Part shown: positions 39,337 through 58,241 of the stretch, piece by piece
Layout: the number at the start of each line of letters is the position of its first letter
Position numbering within the stretch: the stretch's first letter is position 1
Origin: Candidatus Latescibacterota bacterium
GTDB taxonomy: Bacteria; Latescibacterota; UBA2968; UBA8231
Assembly: GCA_965215195.1 (NCBI GenBank)
Contig: CBDCDC010000002.1
Span: 1,920,001-1,984,000, forward strand
Length of the DNA: 64,000 nucleotides
Reading direction: 5' to 3'
Made by a program: the position numbers and the translations under genes
The notes under the pieces: generated by a model
Told to the model about the DNA's origin: nothing
What the model saw: the letters and a program-made list of their open reading frames with translations, nothing else
The model's database searches: none

Positions 39337-39975
39337 TCAGCCCCTTTGGCCACGGGTTTCTACGAGCCGATCAAAGGCTTGGCGAGTAAATAAGACCACG
39401 TCCGCTGCCAGCAAGTCATAGGTAGATAGCGAACCGATATGGGCAATTTTCACCTTGGGCAGATTGCGACTCGATTTGATCAACACCGGACAGCTTTCCA
39501 CAGTGACAAACAGGACCTTCTGACCTTTGAGACCGCACACTTCAATGACTTTCTGAAAGGAACGGGTACTGGGAGCGGGAAAATCGAAGTCGATGACGAC
39601 CTTGACCTGCCCCTCTGTGCCTTTGAGCGTGAGTGCCGAGCGGAATGCCAAACGCTTGAGGGACTTGGGCAGTTTAGAAGAATAAGAGCGAGGGCGGGGG
39701 CCAAAGGCCACGCCACCACCGCGCACCAATGGCGAGCGCATCGAACCCCGACGCGCCCAACCCGTGCCTTTCTGGCGATGGTGCTTCTTGCTCGTGCGGG
39801 CTATTTCGGACCGGGTCTTGGTCGAGGCTGTCCCCTGCCGCTGATTCGCTTGGCTGGAGACGATCGCTCGATAGAGGGCGTATTCCGAAACCGCAATGCC
39901 GAACAAATCCTCGGGCAATTCTACTGAGCCGTTTGCTTGCCCTTCGCTGTTTAGCACTTCTACTTGCGCACCCAT
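39337..39975 (-). CDS. rplD: 50S ribosomal protein L4
   Basis: RQGTASTKTR, RQKGTG.AR.GS, GGGVAFGP, SSRNLP. Confidence 0.96.
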   Translation of the reverse strand: MGAQVEVLNSEGQANGSVELPEDLFGIAVSEYALYRAIVSSQANQRQGTASTKTRSEIARTSKKHHRQKGTGWARRGSMRSPLVRGGGVAFGPRPRSYSSKLPKSLKRLAFRSALTLKGTEGQVKVVIDFDFPAPSTRSFQKVIEVCGLKGQKVLFVTVESCPVLIKSSRNLPKVKIAHIGSLSTYDLLAADVVLFTRQAFDRLVETRGQRG

Positions 39976-39983
39976 GATTCTGA

Positions 39984-40295
39984 TTAAACCTTTATGTCAA
40001 TGCCGATGCCCGCAGGCAGATCGAGTTTCATCAGCGCATCCACGGTCTGCGGCGTCGAATCGTAAATGTCGATGAGCCGCTTGTGAATGCGCGTCTCGAA
40101 CTGCTCACGCGATTTCTTGTCCACGTGCGGAGAGCGCAGCACGGTGTACACAGTGCGAGCTGTCGGCAGCGGCACCGGGCCGGCGATACGGGCCCCGCTT
40201 CGCTTGACCGTCTGGACTATCTCGTCCACGGATTTGTCCAAAGCCATGTGGTCGTAGGCTTTGAGGCGAATGCGTATTCTGCTGTCAACTGCCAT
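39984..40295 (-). CDS. rpsJ: 30S ribosomal protein S10
   Basis: [30 protein letters not shown]. Confidence 0.98.
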   Translation of the reverse strand: MAVDSRIRIRLKAYDHMALDKSVDEIVQTVKRSGARIAGPVPLPTARTVYTVLRSPHVDKKSREQFETRIHKRLIDIYDSTPQTVDALMKLDLPAGIGIDIKV

Positions 40296-40324
40296 TGGCT
40301 CGCATCTCCCTAACGCGGCTGTCC

Positions 40325-41515
<1,191 letters not shown>

Positions 41516-41558
41516 TTCCTTAATCCTCTCCTTAGTCTCTGGGAAGGCGGTTACAGCT

Positions 41559-43637
41559 TTAACTTCGAGTGTTGTCGACGATTTCTTCGGTGATGTGCTT
41601 TGGGACGGCTTGATACTTGGAAAACTGCATGGTAAAAAGCGCCCGTCCCTGGGTCAGCGAACGCAAGCGGGTGGCGTAGCCAAAAGTCTCGCTCAGCGGC
41701 ACGAAGGCCCTGACGACTTGGGCATCGGAACGGGGATTGATGCCTTGTATCTCGCCGCGATGCGAATTGAGATCGCCCATTACGTCGCCCAGATATTGCT
41801 CGGGGACGACGACCTCCAACTCCATAATCGGCTCCATGAGATAGGGAGCCGCTTTCAGGGCACCGTCTTTGAAGGCCATGAGCCCGGCCACCTTAAAGGC
41901 GATCTCCGATGAGTCCACCTCGTGATGCGACCCATCTACCAGCACGACCTTGACATCCTCGATCGGGTAACCGGCAATGGGGCCGGTGGTCATGGCCTCA
42001 ATGATGCCCTCGCGCACTGGATTGATGTATTCCTTGGGAATGTTGCCGCCGATAATTTTCGACTCAAAGACCAGCCCGCTGCCCGGTTCGCCTGGCTCAA
42101 TCTCCAGCTCAACGTGCCCGTACTGGCCGCGGCCCCCGGTCTGTCGCACGAACCGGCCCGAGGTCTTAACGGCCTTGCACAGGCCTTCTTTGTAGGCCAC
42201 TTGGGGCTTGCCGACATTGGCCTCAACCTTGAACTCGCGGAAGAGGCGGTCAATGAGTATCTCTAGGTGCAGTTCACCCATGCCCGACATGATCGTCTGG
42301 CCTGTCTCGTCGTCGAGCTTGACCTGAAAGGTCGGATCTTCCTCGCTGAGCTTGGACAGGGCAATGTATAGCTGGTCCTGATCGGCCCGCGTCTTTGGCT
42401 CAATTGCCACGTGGACCACCGGCTCGGCAAATTCGATCTTTTCCAAGACGATGGGGTGCTGCTCGTCGCAAAGCGTATCGCCAGTAGTTGTGTTTTTGAG
42501 GCCGACCACAGCGACTATATCACCGGCATAGGCATGGGACGACTCAGTGCGGTCGTTGGCGTGCATCTCCAGCAAGCGCGCGGTCCGCTCGCGGCGCTCA
42601 GTAGTCACATTGTAGAGATAAGTGCCCGAGCTTAACACACCTGAATAGACGCGAACAAAGGTGAGGCGCCCGACAAAGGGGTCCGTCATAACCTTAAAGG
42701 CCAACCCGGCAAAAGGCGCATCGTCGCGGGCGGAACGTATCGCCTCTGCGCTGGAATGGGGTAGGGTGCCCTTGATTTCGCCGATGTCGGCCGGGGACGG
42801 AAGGTAGTGTAGCACAGCGTCAAGCAAGCGCTGGACGCCTTTGTATTTGTACGCACTGCCGCACGTTACGGGCACGGCCTTCAGCGCGATAGTGGCTTGG
42901 CGCAGCGCAGCTCGGATTTCGTCCGGGTGAATTTCCTCCCCTTCGAGGAATTTTTCGAGCAGCCCATCGTCGAATTCGGCCACCGCCTCGAGCAGTTTTT
43001 CGCGGTATTGCAAGGCACTCTCCAGCAAGTCCGCGGGGATCTCGTCCTCGAAAAACTTGACGCCTTGGCTGGCCTCTTCATAGGTAATGGCCTTCATCTC
43101 GACCAAGTCTATCAAACCGTTGAACGTCTCGCCGACGCCGATGGGCAACTGAACGGGCACGAAATTGCTGTTCAACCGCTCTTGGAGCATGCTAAGGACC
43201 TGAAAAAAATCAGCCCCATTGCGATCCATCTTGTTGACGAAAGCAATGCGCGGAACCTCGTATTTGTCGGCTTGACGCCAGACGGTCTCGGACTGAGGTT
43301 CAACTCCGCCGACCGCACAAAAGACGCCTATGGCACCGTCGAGGACGCGCAGCGAACGCTCGACCTCGGCGGTAAAATCCACGTGGCCGGGCGTGTCGAT
43401 GATGTTGATGCGGTGATCCTTCCACTCGCAAGCGGTAGCTGCAGAGGTGATGGTAATTCCGCGCTCGCGCTCTTGCTCCATCCAATCCATCGTCGCCGTG
43501 CCCTCGTGGACCTCTCCCATGCGGTGAACGCGGCCAGTGTAGTAGAGGATCCGCTCGGTCGTAGTGGTCTTGCCAGCGTCAATGTGAGCCGCAATCCCGA
43601 TATTGCGCGTGTCTTGTTGTGAAAACTGTCGTGCCAT
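41559..43637 (-). CDS. fusA: Elongation factor G
   Basis: [34 protein letters not shown]; start MARQ at 43637. Confidence 0.98.
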   Translation of the reverse strand: MARQFSQQDTRNIGIAAHIDAGKTTTTERILYYTGRVHRMGEVHEGTATMDWMEQERERGITITSAATACEWKDHRINIIDTPGHVDFTAEVERSLRVLDGAIGVFCAVGGVEPQSETVWRQADKYEVPRIAFVNKMDRNGADFFQVLSMLQERLNSNFVPVQLPIGVGETFNGLIDLVEMKAITYEEASQGVKFFEDEIPADLLESALQYREKLLEAVAEFDDGLLEKFLEGEEIHPDEIRAALRQATIALKAVPVTCGSAYKYKGVQRLLDAVLHYLPSPADIGEIKGTLPHSSAEAIRSARDDAPFAGLAFKVMTDPFVGRLTFVRVYSGVLSSGTYLYNVTTERRERTARLLEMHANDRTESSHAYAGDIVAVVGLKNTTTGDTLCDEQHPIVLEKIEFAEPVVHVAIEPKTRADQDQLYIALSKLSEEDPTFQVKLDDETGQTIMSGMGELHLEILIDRLFREFKVEANVGKPQVAYKEGLCKAVKTSGRFVRQTGGRGQYGHVELEIEPGEPGSGLVFESKIIGGNIPKEYINPVREGIIEAMTTGPIAGYPIEDVKVVLVDGSHHEVDSSEIAFKVAGLMAFKDGALKAAPYLMEPIMELEVVVPEQYLGDVMGDLNSHRGEIQGINPRSDAQVVRAFVPLSETFGYATRLRSLTQGRALFTMQFSKYQAVPKHITEEIVDNTRS

Positions 43638-43653
43638 TTCCCCTGAGAACTCC

Positions 43654-44124
43654 CTAAAATCTGTAGTGGGCAAAGGCCTTGTTTGCCTCGGCCATGCGGT
43701 GGACGTCTTCCTTCATGCGCACAGCTCCACCTTCCCCCCTTGACGCAGCGATAAATTCGTTGGCCAACCGCTCGGCCATGGTGCGCTCAGAGCGCTCGCG
43801 GGCGAAGCGAATCAACCAGCGAATCGAACGCGCCGTGCGCTCATCCGGCCGCATTTCGACCGGCACCTGATAGGTCTGGCCACCGACTCGACGCGATTTA
43901 ACCATGACGATGGGCTTGGCGTTTTCCAGCGCCTTCTGGAAGACATCAATCCCGTCTTGGCCACTGCGCTCGGCCGCCAAGTCAATCGAGTCGTAGAATA
44001 TGCGCTCGGCCACGCTCTTCTTGCCTTGTTTCATCAGCGAATTTACGAACCTCGCTGCCAAGACATTGTGGAACTTCGGGTCCGGCAGCAGCTTGCGTTT
44101 AATTGCTCTTTTACGCCGCGACAT
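43654..44124 (-). CDS. rpsG: 30S ribosomal protein S7
   Basis: [33 protein letters not shown]. Confidence 0.98.
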   Translation of the reverse strand: MSRRKRAIKRKLLPDPKFHNVLAARFVNSLMKQGKKSVAERIFYDSIDLAAERSGQDGIDVFQKALENAKPIVMVKSRRVGGQTYQVPVEMRPDERTARSIRWLIRFARERSERTMAERLANEFIAASRGEGGAVRMKEDVHRMAEANKAFAHYRF

Positions 44125-44135
44125 TGCTCGTACTC

Positions 44136-44507
<372 letters not shown>

Positions 44508-44550
44508 ACGCTGTTTCTCCTCGCGATCCCGTAATAAATGGCAAACTTAT

Positions 44551-44579
44551 AAATTAAATACAAACTGTATAACTGTCAA
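44551..44579 (-). promoter_or_regulatory. Putative sigma-70 promoter for the str (rpsL) operon
   Basis: TTGACA (44579-44574), 17-nt spacer, TAATTT (44556-44551), in an AT-rich gap after rpoC. Confidence 0.6.
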
Positions 44580-44581
44580 TA

Positions 44582-48682
<4,101 letters not shown>

Positions 48683-48720
48683 TGGCACCCCCTTTGCGCT
48701 TTGTGCGAATGCTCTGCGAC

Positions 48721-52500
<3,780 letters not shown>

Positions 52501-52536
52501 AGTCCAACTCCTCAATTTGTGGTTTAAGGCAAATGC

Positions 52537-52566
52537 TCATGGAGCTATCGACCAATAGCTCCATGA
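52537..52566 (-). terminator. Hairpin between rplL and rpoB (candidate attenuator/processing stem)
   Basis: Perfect 12-bp inverted repeat TCATGGAGCTAT / ATAGCTCCATGA, with only a weak U-tract. Confidence 0.55.
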
Positions 52567-52633
52567 ATGCGCGCTGCAGAAAAGCAGGTATGACAGGTAT
52601 GAATAGATGAACTCCTATATACGCAGCAGTCCC

Positions 52634-53041
52634 CTATTGGAGTTCTACCGTAGCTCCGGCGTCCTGCAACCGGCTCTGGATTGCTTCGGCTTCTTCCTTG
52701 GTCGCTCCTTCCTTGACGGGCTTGGGCGCTTCATCGACGAGAGCTTTGGCCTCTTTTAGCCCTAGGCTGGTGATATCGCGGACGACCTTGATGACTTGGA
52801 TCTTTTTCTCGCCGACGTTGGTGAGTACGACGTCAAAGGAATCCTTCTCCTCGGCGGCCTCTTCGCCGCCATCGCCGGGCATCGCGCCAGCCATCACCAC
52901 CGGTGCTGCGGCCGACACGCCGAATTTGTCTTCGAGGGCTTTGACCAGCTCGGCCAGCTCTAGGACGGTCAGGCCGCCGATGGTTTCAATGATTTCGCCT
53001 ATCTTGCCGTTGGCAGCGGTGGCAGTGGTTTCTTCGGTCAT
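52634..53041 (-). CDS. rplL: 50S ribosomal protein L7/L12
   Basis: [35 protein letters not shown]. Confidence 0.98.
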   Translation of the reverse strand: MTEETTATAANGKIGEIIETIGGLTVLELAELVKALEDKFGVSAAAPVVMAGAMPGDGGEEAAEEKDSFDVVLTNVGEKKIQVIKVVRDITSLGLKEAKALVDEAPKPVKEGATKEEAEAIQSRLQDAGATVELQ

Positions 53042-53099
53042 GGGATACAGCCTCCTGTATATCCGTATTTGGGTTTGTTAACTAAGGAACGAATGGGAA

Positions 53100-53633
53100 T
53101 CAGGCGTTTTCCCCGCCTTCTACCCGTTGCTTTTCGATGGCCGACAATGCACCGACCAAGCCCCTGAGCAACCCACTCAAGACGCCGCTCAGCCCGTAGA
53201 GCGGACTCTGGACGCCGGCGACTACTTGGCCTAGCAACTCTTCCTTAGAGGGCAGCTTGGCCAACGCCTCGACTCTATCGGCGGCGAGGACCTCGCCTTC
53301 CATAAAGCCGGTTCTGATCTGAATTTTTCCCCCGGCGGCGGCGAAGTCTTGCAGGATTTTGGCCGGTGCGATGGGATCTTCTCTCGAGTAGGCTATGGCC
53401 GTAGGCCCGGCGAAATAGTCTTTGAGGCCGGCGATGCCCACTTCCTCGGCCGCGCGAATGGCCAAGCGATTTTTGATCACTTGGTACTGGACGTCGGCAT
53501 CGCGCAGCTTGTTGCGCAACTCAGTCACCGCAGCTACGTCAATACCCGTAAAATCGGCCAAGTAGAAGCCCTTGGCCTCGGCCATAATGGCCTTCAACTC
53601 TTCTACTTTTGCTTCTTTCTCTGCCGTCGCCAT
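53100..53633 (-). CDS. rplJ: 50S ribosomal protein L10
   Basis: ELRNKLR, VIKNRL, GPTAIA, LAKLPSKEEL. Confidence 0.96.
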   Translation of the reverse strand: MATAEKEAKVEELKAIMAEAKGFYLADFTGIDVAAVTELRNKLRDADVQYQVIKNRLAIRAAEEVGIAGLKDYFAGPTAIAYSREDPIAPAKILQDFAAAGGKIQIRTGFMEGEVLAADRVEALAKLPSKEELLGQVVAGVQSPLYGLSGVLSGLLRGLVGALSAIEKQRVEGGENA

Positions 53634-53649
53634 AGTACAGAAGCTTTCT

Positions 53650-54348
53650 TTACGCAGCGAACTGGGCGCGGTCGATCTTGATGCCCGGCCCGACTGCCGA
53701 CGAGAGGACTAACTTGCGGATGTACTGCCCTTTTGCCGCAGCCGGCTTGGCGCGCAAAATGGCGTCCGTAAACGCTTGGGCGTTTTCGATCAGTGCCTGA
53801 TCGGTAAAGGACAGCTTGCCGATGGGGCCTTGGGCGTTGTTGCCGGACTTGCTATCGGCGCGGTACTCAATGCGGCCGGCCTTGGCCTCGCGGACGGCTT
53901 GGGCCACTTCGCGCGTTACCGTGCCGGTCTTGGGATTGGGCATCAAGCCCCGCGGCCCCAAGATCCGCCCCAGCTTACCTACCTGCCCCATCATATCTGG
54001 CGAGGCAATGACCAGGTCGAAACCGAGCCAACCGCCTTGGATTTTCTCGGCCATGTCGGCCCCGCCGACGAAATCGGCCCCGGCGTCTTGGGCCGCCTGC
54101 ACTAGCGGTCCTTGGGTAATGACTAAGACCCGGAGTTTCTTCCCGGTGCCGTGGGGCAACATCACCGTGCCGCGCAGCGCTTGGTCGGCCTGGCGGCCAT
54201 CGATCCCTAGATTGCAAGAAAGCTCAATGGTCGGGTCGTAGTTGTACGCTGGGAATCCCCTGAGGATCTGGATCCCCTCTTCCCACGAATAGGTCCTGTC
54301 GCGGTCGAAAGACGCCAAGGCGTTCCTGTATTTTTTTCCTCTGGCCAT
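53650..54348 (-). CDS. rplA: 50S ribosomal protein L1
   Basis: LPHGTGK, LGRILGPRGLMPNPKTGTVT. Confidence 0.98.
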   Translation of the reverse strand: MARGKKYRNALASFDRDRTYSWEEGIQILRGFPAYNYDPTIELSCNLGIDGRQADQALRGTVMLPHGTGKKLRVLVITQGPLVQAAQDAGADFVGGADMAEKIQGGWLGFDLVIASPDMMGQVGKLGRILGPRGLMPNPKTGTVTREVAQAVREAKAGRIEYRADSKSGNNAQGPIGKLSFTDQALIENAQAFTDAILRAKPAAAKGQYIRKLVLSSAVGPGIKIDRAQFAA

Positions 54349-54386
54349 ATCTTAAAACCTCTTATGAGGGTTGCGCTGCGAAGCAA

Positions 54387-54809
54387 CTACTCGATTAAGA
54401 GCCCCATGCTGCGGGCCGTCCCCGCGATCATCGACATCGCGGCTTCCATGGAGGCAGCGTTCAAGTCGGGCATTTTCAATTCGGCGATTTCTCGCACTTG
54501 GTCCGCAGATACAACGCCGATGTGGTCCCGATTGGGCACACCCGATCCCTTGGGTTGTCCAGCAGCCCGCAACAGCAGCACCGCAGCCGGCGGCGTCTTG
54601 GTAATAAACGAAAACGTGCGGTCGGCGTACACCGTAATGATTACGGGGATGATCAACCCCTGCTGGTCTTGGGTCTGGGCGTTGAAGGTCTTGCAGAATT
54701 CCATGATATTGACGCCGTGTTGACCCAGTGCCGGCCCAACGGGCGGCGTTGGATTGGCCTGACCGGCCGGAACCTGCAACTTAATTTGGGCTATTTCCTT
54801 TTTAGCCAT
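54387..54809 (-). CDS. rplK: 50S ribosomal protein L11
   Basis: [30 protein letters not shown]. Confidence 0.98.
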   Translation of the reverse strand: MAKKEIAQIKLQVPAGQANPTPPVGPALGQHGVNIMEFCKTFNAQTQDQQGLIIPVIITVYADRTFSFITKTPPAAVLLLRAAGQPKGSGVPNRDHIGVVSADQVREIAELKMPDLNAASMEAAMSMIAGTARSMGLLIE

Positions 54810-54832
54810 TTATTTATATATCCCTCTGAAAA

Positions 54833-55378
54833 TCAGCCGACCGCCTCTTGGACCGGCTCGACCTGCAACACGTCCAATTCCACCGATGTGCCGCGCCCGA
54901 AGATGCTCACCATGATTTTCAACCTGCGCTTCTCCGGCAACACCTCCTGCACGGTGCCGACGAAGTCCTTGAACGCGCCGTCGTTGACCTTGACTTGATC
55001 GTCGACGGCAAAGGGAATCTCTTCGACCTCTTGGTCTTTGCGGCGATCGACGTGCCCCAAGATGCGGTCAATTTCCTCCTGCCGCAGCGGTTGCGGCTTG
55101 CGCGCTGGGCCGACGAAGTTGGTCACCCCGGGAATGTTGGTCACTTGGTACCAAGCGTCCTTGGACATTTCCATTTCCACCAGCACATAACTAGGCAAAA
55201 ACCGCTTCCTAGTTTTGGTTTTCTTGCCGGCGCGGAGTTCGACCACTTCCTCGGTCGGCACAACGACCTGAGCAATTGCACCGTTGGCAGCCCCCGACTC
55301 AATGAGCGACTCCAAATAGGTCTTTACTTTATTTTCGTGCCCCGAATACGTATGTAGAGCGTACCAGCACTGTACCAT
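54833..55378 (-). CDS. nusG: Transcription factor NusG
   Basis: WYALHTYSGHENKV, FLPSYVLVEM, KOW domain, VSIFGR. Confidence 0.97.
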   Translation of the reverse strand: MVQCWYALHTYSGHENKVKTYLESLIESGAANGAIAQVVVPTEEVVELRAGKKTKTRKRFLPSYVLVEMEMSKDAWYQVTNIPGVTNFVGPARKPQPLRQEEIDRILGHVDRRKDQEVEEIPFAVDDQVKVNDGAFKDFVGTVQEVLPEKRRLKIMVSIFGRGTSVELDVLQVEPVQEAVG

Positions 55379-55420
55379 GGCTTCAATCCGGTGTTAGCTC
55401 CCGTTTGCCGAGCGCAAACG

Positions 55421-55452
55421 AAAAAAAGAAGCGGCGCATTATGCGCCGTTTC
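55421..55452 (-). terminator. Intrinsic-terminator-like hairpin between secE and nusG
   Basis: Minus strand GAAACGGCGCATAATGCGCCGCTTC followed by seven T. Confidence 0.65.
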
Positions 55453-55475
55453 CCTTAGATAGGCCCTAGCGGGAA

Positions 55476-55664
55476 TTACTGTCCTAGCAGTATTCCCCAA
55501 ACAAAGGAGATAATCAGGTCGAACATGCCAATAAAAACCGCAAAGACCGCTGAAAAGACCAATACCACTCCGGTGGAACTGACCAAATCCTCGCGAGTAG
55601 GCCAGCTCACTTTGGAGAATTCGGTCCGCACATCTTTGACGAAATTAGTAAGTTTATTCCACAT
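55476..55664 (-). CDS. secE: Preprotein translocase SecE
   Basis: EFSKVSWPTREDL plus a single TM. Confidence 0.95.
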   Translation of the reverse strand: MWNKLTNFVKDVRTEFSKVSWPTREDLVSSTGVVLVFSAVFAVFIGMFDLIISFVWGILLGQ

Positions 55665-55686
55665 CCCGTTTCCTAATGCAGAAGCC

Positions 55687-55762
55687 TGGCAGGGCAGACA
55701 GGACTTGAACCTGCAACCGCCGGTTTTGGAGACCGGAGCTCTACCAATTGAGCTACTGCCCT
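55687..55762 (-). tRNA. tRNA-Trp (CCA)
   Basis: AGGGCAGTAGCTCAATTGGTAGAGC..CCGGT-CTCCAAA-ACCGG..GGTTCAAGTCC..CTGCCCTGCCA; 76 nt with encoded CCA end. Confidence 0.97.
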
Positions 55763-55766
55763 ATGC

Positions 55767-55919
55767 CTAGCGGGCTTCCTTGTGGGCCGTGTGTTTGTGG
55801 CAAAAGCGGCAATATTTTTTGTACTCCACACGGCTTGGCTGGCTTCGTCTATTTTTAGTCGTAGTGTAATTTTGCTGGCTGCATACTTCGCACTCCAGCG
55901 TTATTTGATCTCTTGGCAT
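55767..55919 (-). CDS. rpmG: 50S ribosomal protein L33 (zinc-binding type)
   Basis: Not in the ORF track. [50 protein letters not shown]. Confidence 0.97.
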   Translation of the reverse strand: MPRDQITLECEVCSQQNYTTTKNRRSQPSRVEYKKYCRFCHKHTAHKEAR

Positions 55920-55956
55920 CAGAATTTGCCGTGTTTAGATGGAAGCACTAGGAAAG

Positions 55957-56032
<76 letters not shown>

Positions 56033-56051
56033 TGCAATTGTTTTGGTGATC

Positions 56052-56128
56052 TGGAGCGGGAAACGGGACTCGAACCCGCGACCCCGAGCTTGGAAGGCTC
56101 GCGCTCTAGCCAACTGAGCTATTCCCGC
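56052..56128 (-). tRNA. tRNA-Gly (TCC)
   Basis: GCGGGAATAGCTCAGTTGGCTAGAGC..CGAGC-CTTCCAA-GCTCG..GGTTCGAGTCCC..TTCCCGCTCCA. Confidence 0.97.
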
Positions 56129-56167
56129 TCGAGCCGGATTAATGCCCGTTTAATTCACAGAAGGATA

Positions 56168-56196
56168 AATATATAACAGCTTTTTTAATATGTCAA
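56168..56196 (-). promoter_or_regulatory. Sigma-70 promoter for the tRNA-rpmG-secE cluster
   Basis: TTGACA (56196-56191), 17-nt spacer, TATATT (56173-56168). Confidence 0.8.
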
Positions 56197-56214
56197 GAAG
56201 ACCGGGCGCGGACC

Positions 56215-56257
56215 CAAAACACGAAACTCCCGGAGAGGCACGGGCCTTTCCGGGAGT
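56215..56257 (-). terminator. Intrinsic terminator after greA
   Basis: Minus strand stem ACTCCCGGAAAGGC / GCCTCTCCGGGAGT followed by TTCGTGTTTT. Confidence 0.7.
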
Positions 56258-56282
56258 CGCCAAGTAAACTGGATACTTGCGC

Positions 56283-56759
56283 TCAGCGCGTGATCTTGAC
56301 AATCCTGTAGTGCAGCTTGCCAACGGGCACTTCAATCTCGATTTCTTCTCCTACTTCGTGCCCGAGCAACCCCTTGCCTATCGGCGAAATCGTGGAGATT
56401 TTCCCCGCTTCAAAATCCGCTTCCTCGGGCGCGACGAGCGTGTACGTGAGTTGTCGCGCCTTTGCGAGGTCCTCTAGCTCTACGGTGGCACCGATATAGA
56501 CCTTGTCTTCTGGGATCGCCTCGTTTTCTAGCAGGCGAGCCCGGCTGAGTGTCTCTTCGAGCTTGCTGATGCGCTGCTCTAGGAAGAGCAACCTTTCTTT
56601 GGCCGCCGAATACTCGGCGTTCTCGGACAGGTCGCCAAACTCCCGCGCTCGCTGTAGCGCCTGGCGCACTGCCGGGCGTTCGGTCTCCTTGAGTCCTTTC
56701 AACTCGACCTGAAGTTTTTCGTAGCCTTCTCGCGAAAGATATACTTCACTCATTGCCAA
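56283..56759 (-). CDS. greA: Transcription elongation factor GreA
   Basis: AREFGDLSENAEYSAAKE, GKISTISPIGKGLLG. Confidence 0.97.
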   Translation of the reverse strand: MAMSEVYLSREGYEKLQVELKGLKETERPAVRQALQRAREFGDLSENAEYSAAKERLLFLEQRISKLEETLSRARLLENEAIPEDKVYIGATVELEDLAKARQLTYTLVAPEEADFEAGKISTISPIGKGLLGHEVGEEIEIEVPVGKLHYRIVKITR

Positions 56760-56802
56760 ACCTCTACTCTAAGCAGGAGAGAACAACATGCACTATTCAA
56801 CA

Positions 56803-56875
56803 CAAAAAGCGGAAGCGCACTACCGCTTCCGCTGCTTAGGTTCATTAATGTACTAAAAACAGTGCCGAGGTGCAA
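56803..56875 (-). promoter_or_regulatory. Putative greA promoter with leader terminator (attenuator)
   Basis: TTGCAC (56875-56870), 17 nt, TACATT (56852-56847), then a perfect 10-bp stem AGCGGAAGCG / CGCTTCCGCT followed by TTTTG, upstream of the greA RBS. Confidence 0.7.
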
Positions 56876-56972
56876 GCGAAGGGACTTGCCCAAGTTCGCC
56901 GCCCTCCTTTTAATAAATCTACAAATTTACAGCCCAAGTGACCCCTTCCCAAACAACGCACTTGCGCGTCTC

Positions 56973-58241
56973 ATGGCCTTGACACTCCTGCACTTTGCCG
57001 ATCTGCATCTAGGCGTCGAAAACCACGGCAGCTTGGACCCAAGCACCGGTCTGCATTCGCGGGTTCGAGATTTTGCCGGTAGCCTAGAAGCGGTCTTCGA
57101 CCTAGCCATTGAAAAGGCGGTCGATTTGGTCCTCTTTGCCGGCGACATGTACAAGAATTGCGATCCGACCCCGACCCATCAGCGCGTCTTGGCCCGCCAA
57201 CTCCAGCGCCTGCAAGCGGCCCACATCCCCATCGTGCTGGTGGTGGGCAACCACGACGCGCCAGGCGCTTTTGGCAAAGCCACTTCGGTCGACATTTTCA
57301 GCACTCTACAGCTAGAGGGCACTCACGTCATCCGCCGCCCGGAGCTCCTGCGCATCGAGACGGCCAACGGCCCGGTGCAAGTGGCCGGCCTACCCTGGCC
57401 GACGCGCCATGCCCTACTCACTCGCGACGAATACCGCGACCTGTCGCTAGAGGAAATCCGCGTCGAGATCCAAAAGATCTGCGCGGCCCAGATCGACGAG
57501 TACGCTCGGCAGCTCGACCCAAAGCTGCCGAGCGTACTCGTCGCCCATCTCACCGCTGCCGACGCCGTCTATTCTGGAAGCGAACGCACCGCCATCATCG
57601 GCCAAGACCCCGTTTTACTCACCAGTGCTTTTGCCAATCCCGCCTACGACTACGTCGCCTTGGGGCACATTCACAAATATCAAGACCTCAACCCCGGTCA
57701 ACACCCGCCCGTGGTCTATGCGGGCAGCCTAGAGCGCATCGACTTTGGCGAGGAAGGCGAAGACAAGGGCTTCTGCCTCGTGCACCTCGCAGAGGACGCA
57801 ACCGCGCCGAGGGGCCGGGCGACCACCTTTGAGTTCGTCCCCGTTCCGGCGCGGCGCTTTGCGACCATCGAGCTAAAGGTGCTCAACGGCCAAGATGCCA
57901 CCGAGCGCATCGTCGCTGCCTGCGCCGAGGCCGAGCTGGCAGACGCCGTAGTCCGCGTCCTTTACGACCTGCCCGCAGGCTACGCCACCCCGGTGGACTT
58001 ACAACAGGTGCGGCAAGCGCTCGAACCGGCCTTTCACGTCGTCTCCATCCAGCCGCGCTTTGCCCCGGAAGTGCGCCAACGCCGCGCCGAAATCAGCGAG
58101 GAGGCCGAGCTAGGCGACGCCCTTGACCGCTACATCGACAACAGCCCAGACCTACAAGCACACCGGTCCGAGCTCAAAAACTACGCGCTCCACCTAGAGC
58201 GCGAGCTCGAATCGGGCCAACGCGACGAAGGCGGCCGATGA
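56973..58241 (+). CDS. sbcD: SbcD/Mre11-family nuclease
   Basis: HFADLHLG, FAGDMY, VGNHD, AHL, ALGHIH, YAGSLERIDFGE; start taken at ATG 56973. Confidence 0.95.
   Translation: MALTLLHFADLHLGVENHGSLDPSTGLHSRVRDFAGSLEAVFDLAIEKAVDLVLFAGDMYKNCDPTPTHQRVLARQLQRLQAAHIPIVLVVGNHDAPGAFGKATSVDIFSTLQLEGTHVIRRPELLRIETANGPVQVAGLPWPTRHALLTRDEYRDLSLEEIRVEIQKICAAQIDEYARQLDPKLPSVLVAHLTAADAVYSGSERTAIIGQDPVLLTSAFANPAYDYVALGHIHKYQDLNPGQHPPVVYAGSLERIDFGEEGEDKGFCLVHLAEDATAPRGRATTFEFVPVPARRFATIELKVLNGQDATERIVAACAEAELADAVVRVLYDLPAGYATPVDLQQVRQALEPAFHVVSIQPRFAPEVRQRRAEISEEAELGDALDRYIDNSPDLQAHRSELKNYALHLERELESGQRDEGGR

Noticed and set aside
48683-48697. Perfect sigma-54 consensus TGGCAC-N5-TTGC on the plus strand at the rpoB/rpoC junction
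   Set aside because: It is antisense and coincides with the complement of the rpoC RBS; a single match is plausible by chance in 64 kb, and nothing else supports it.
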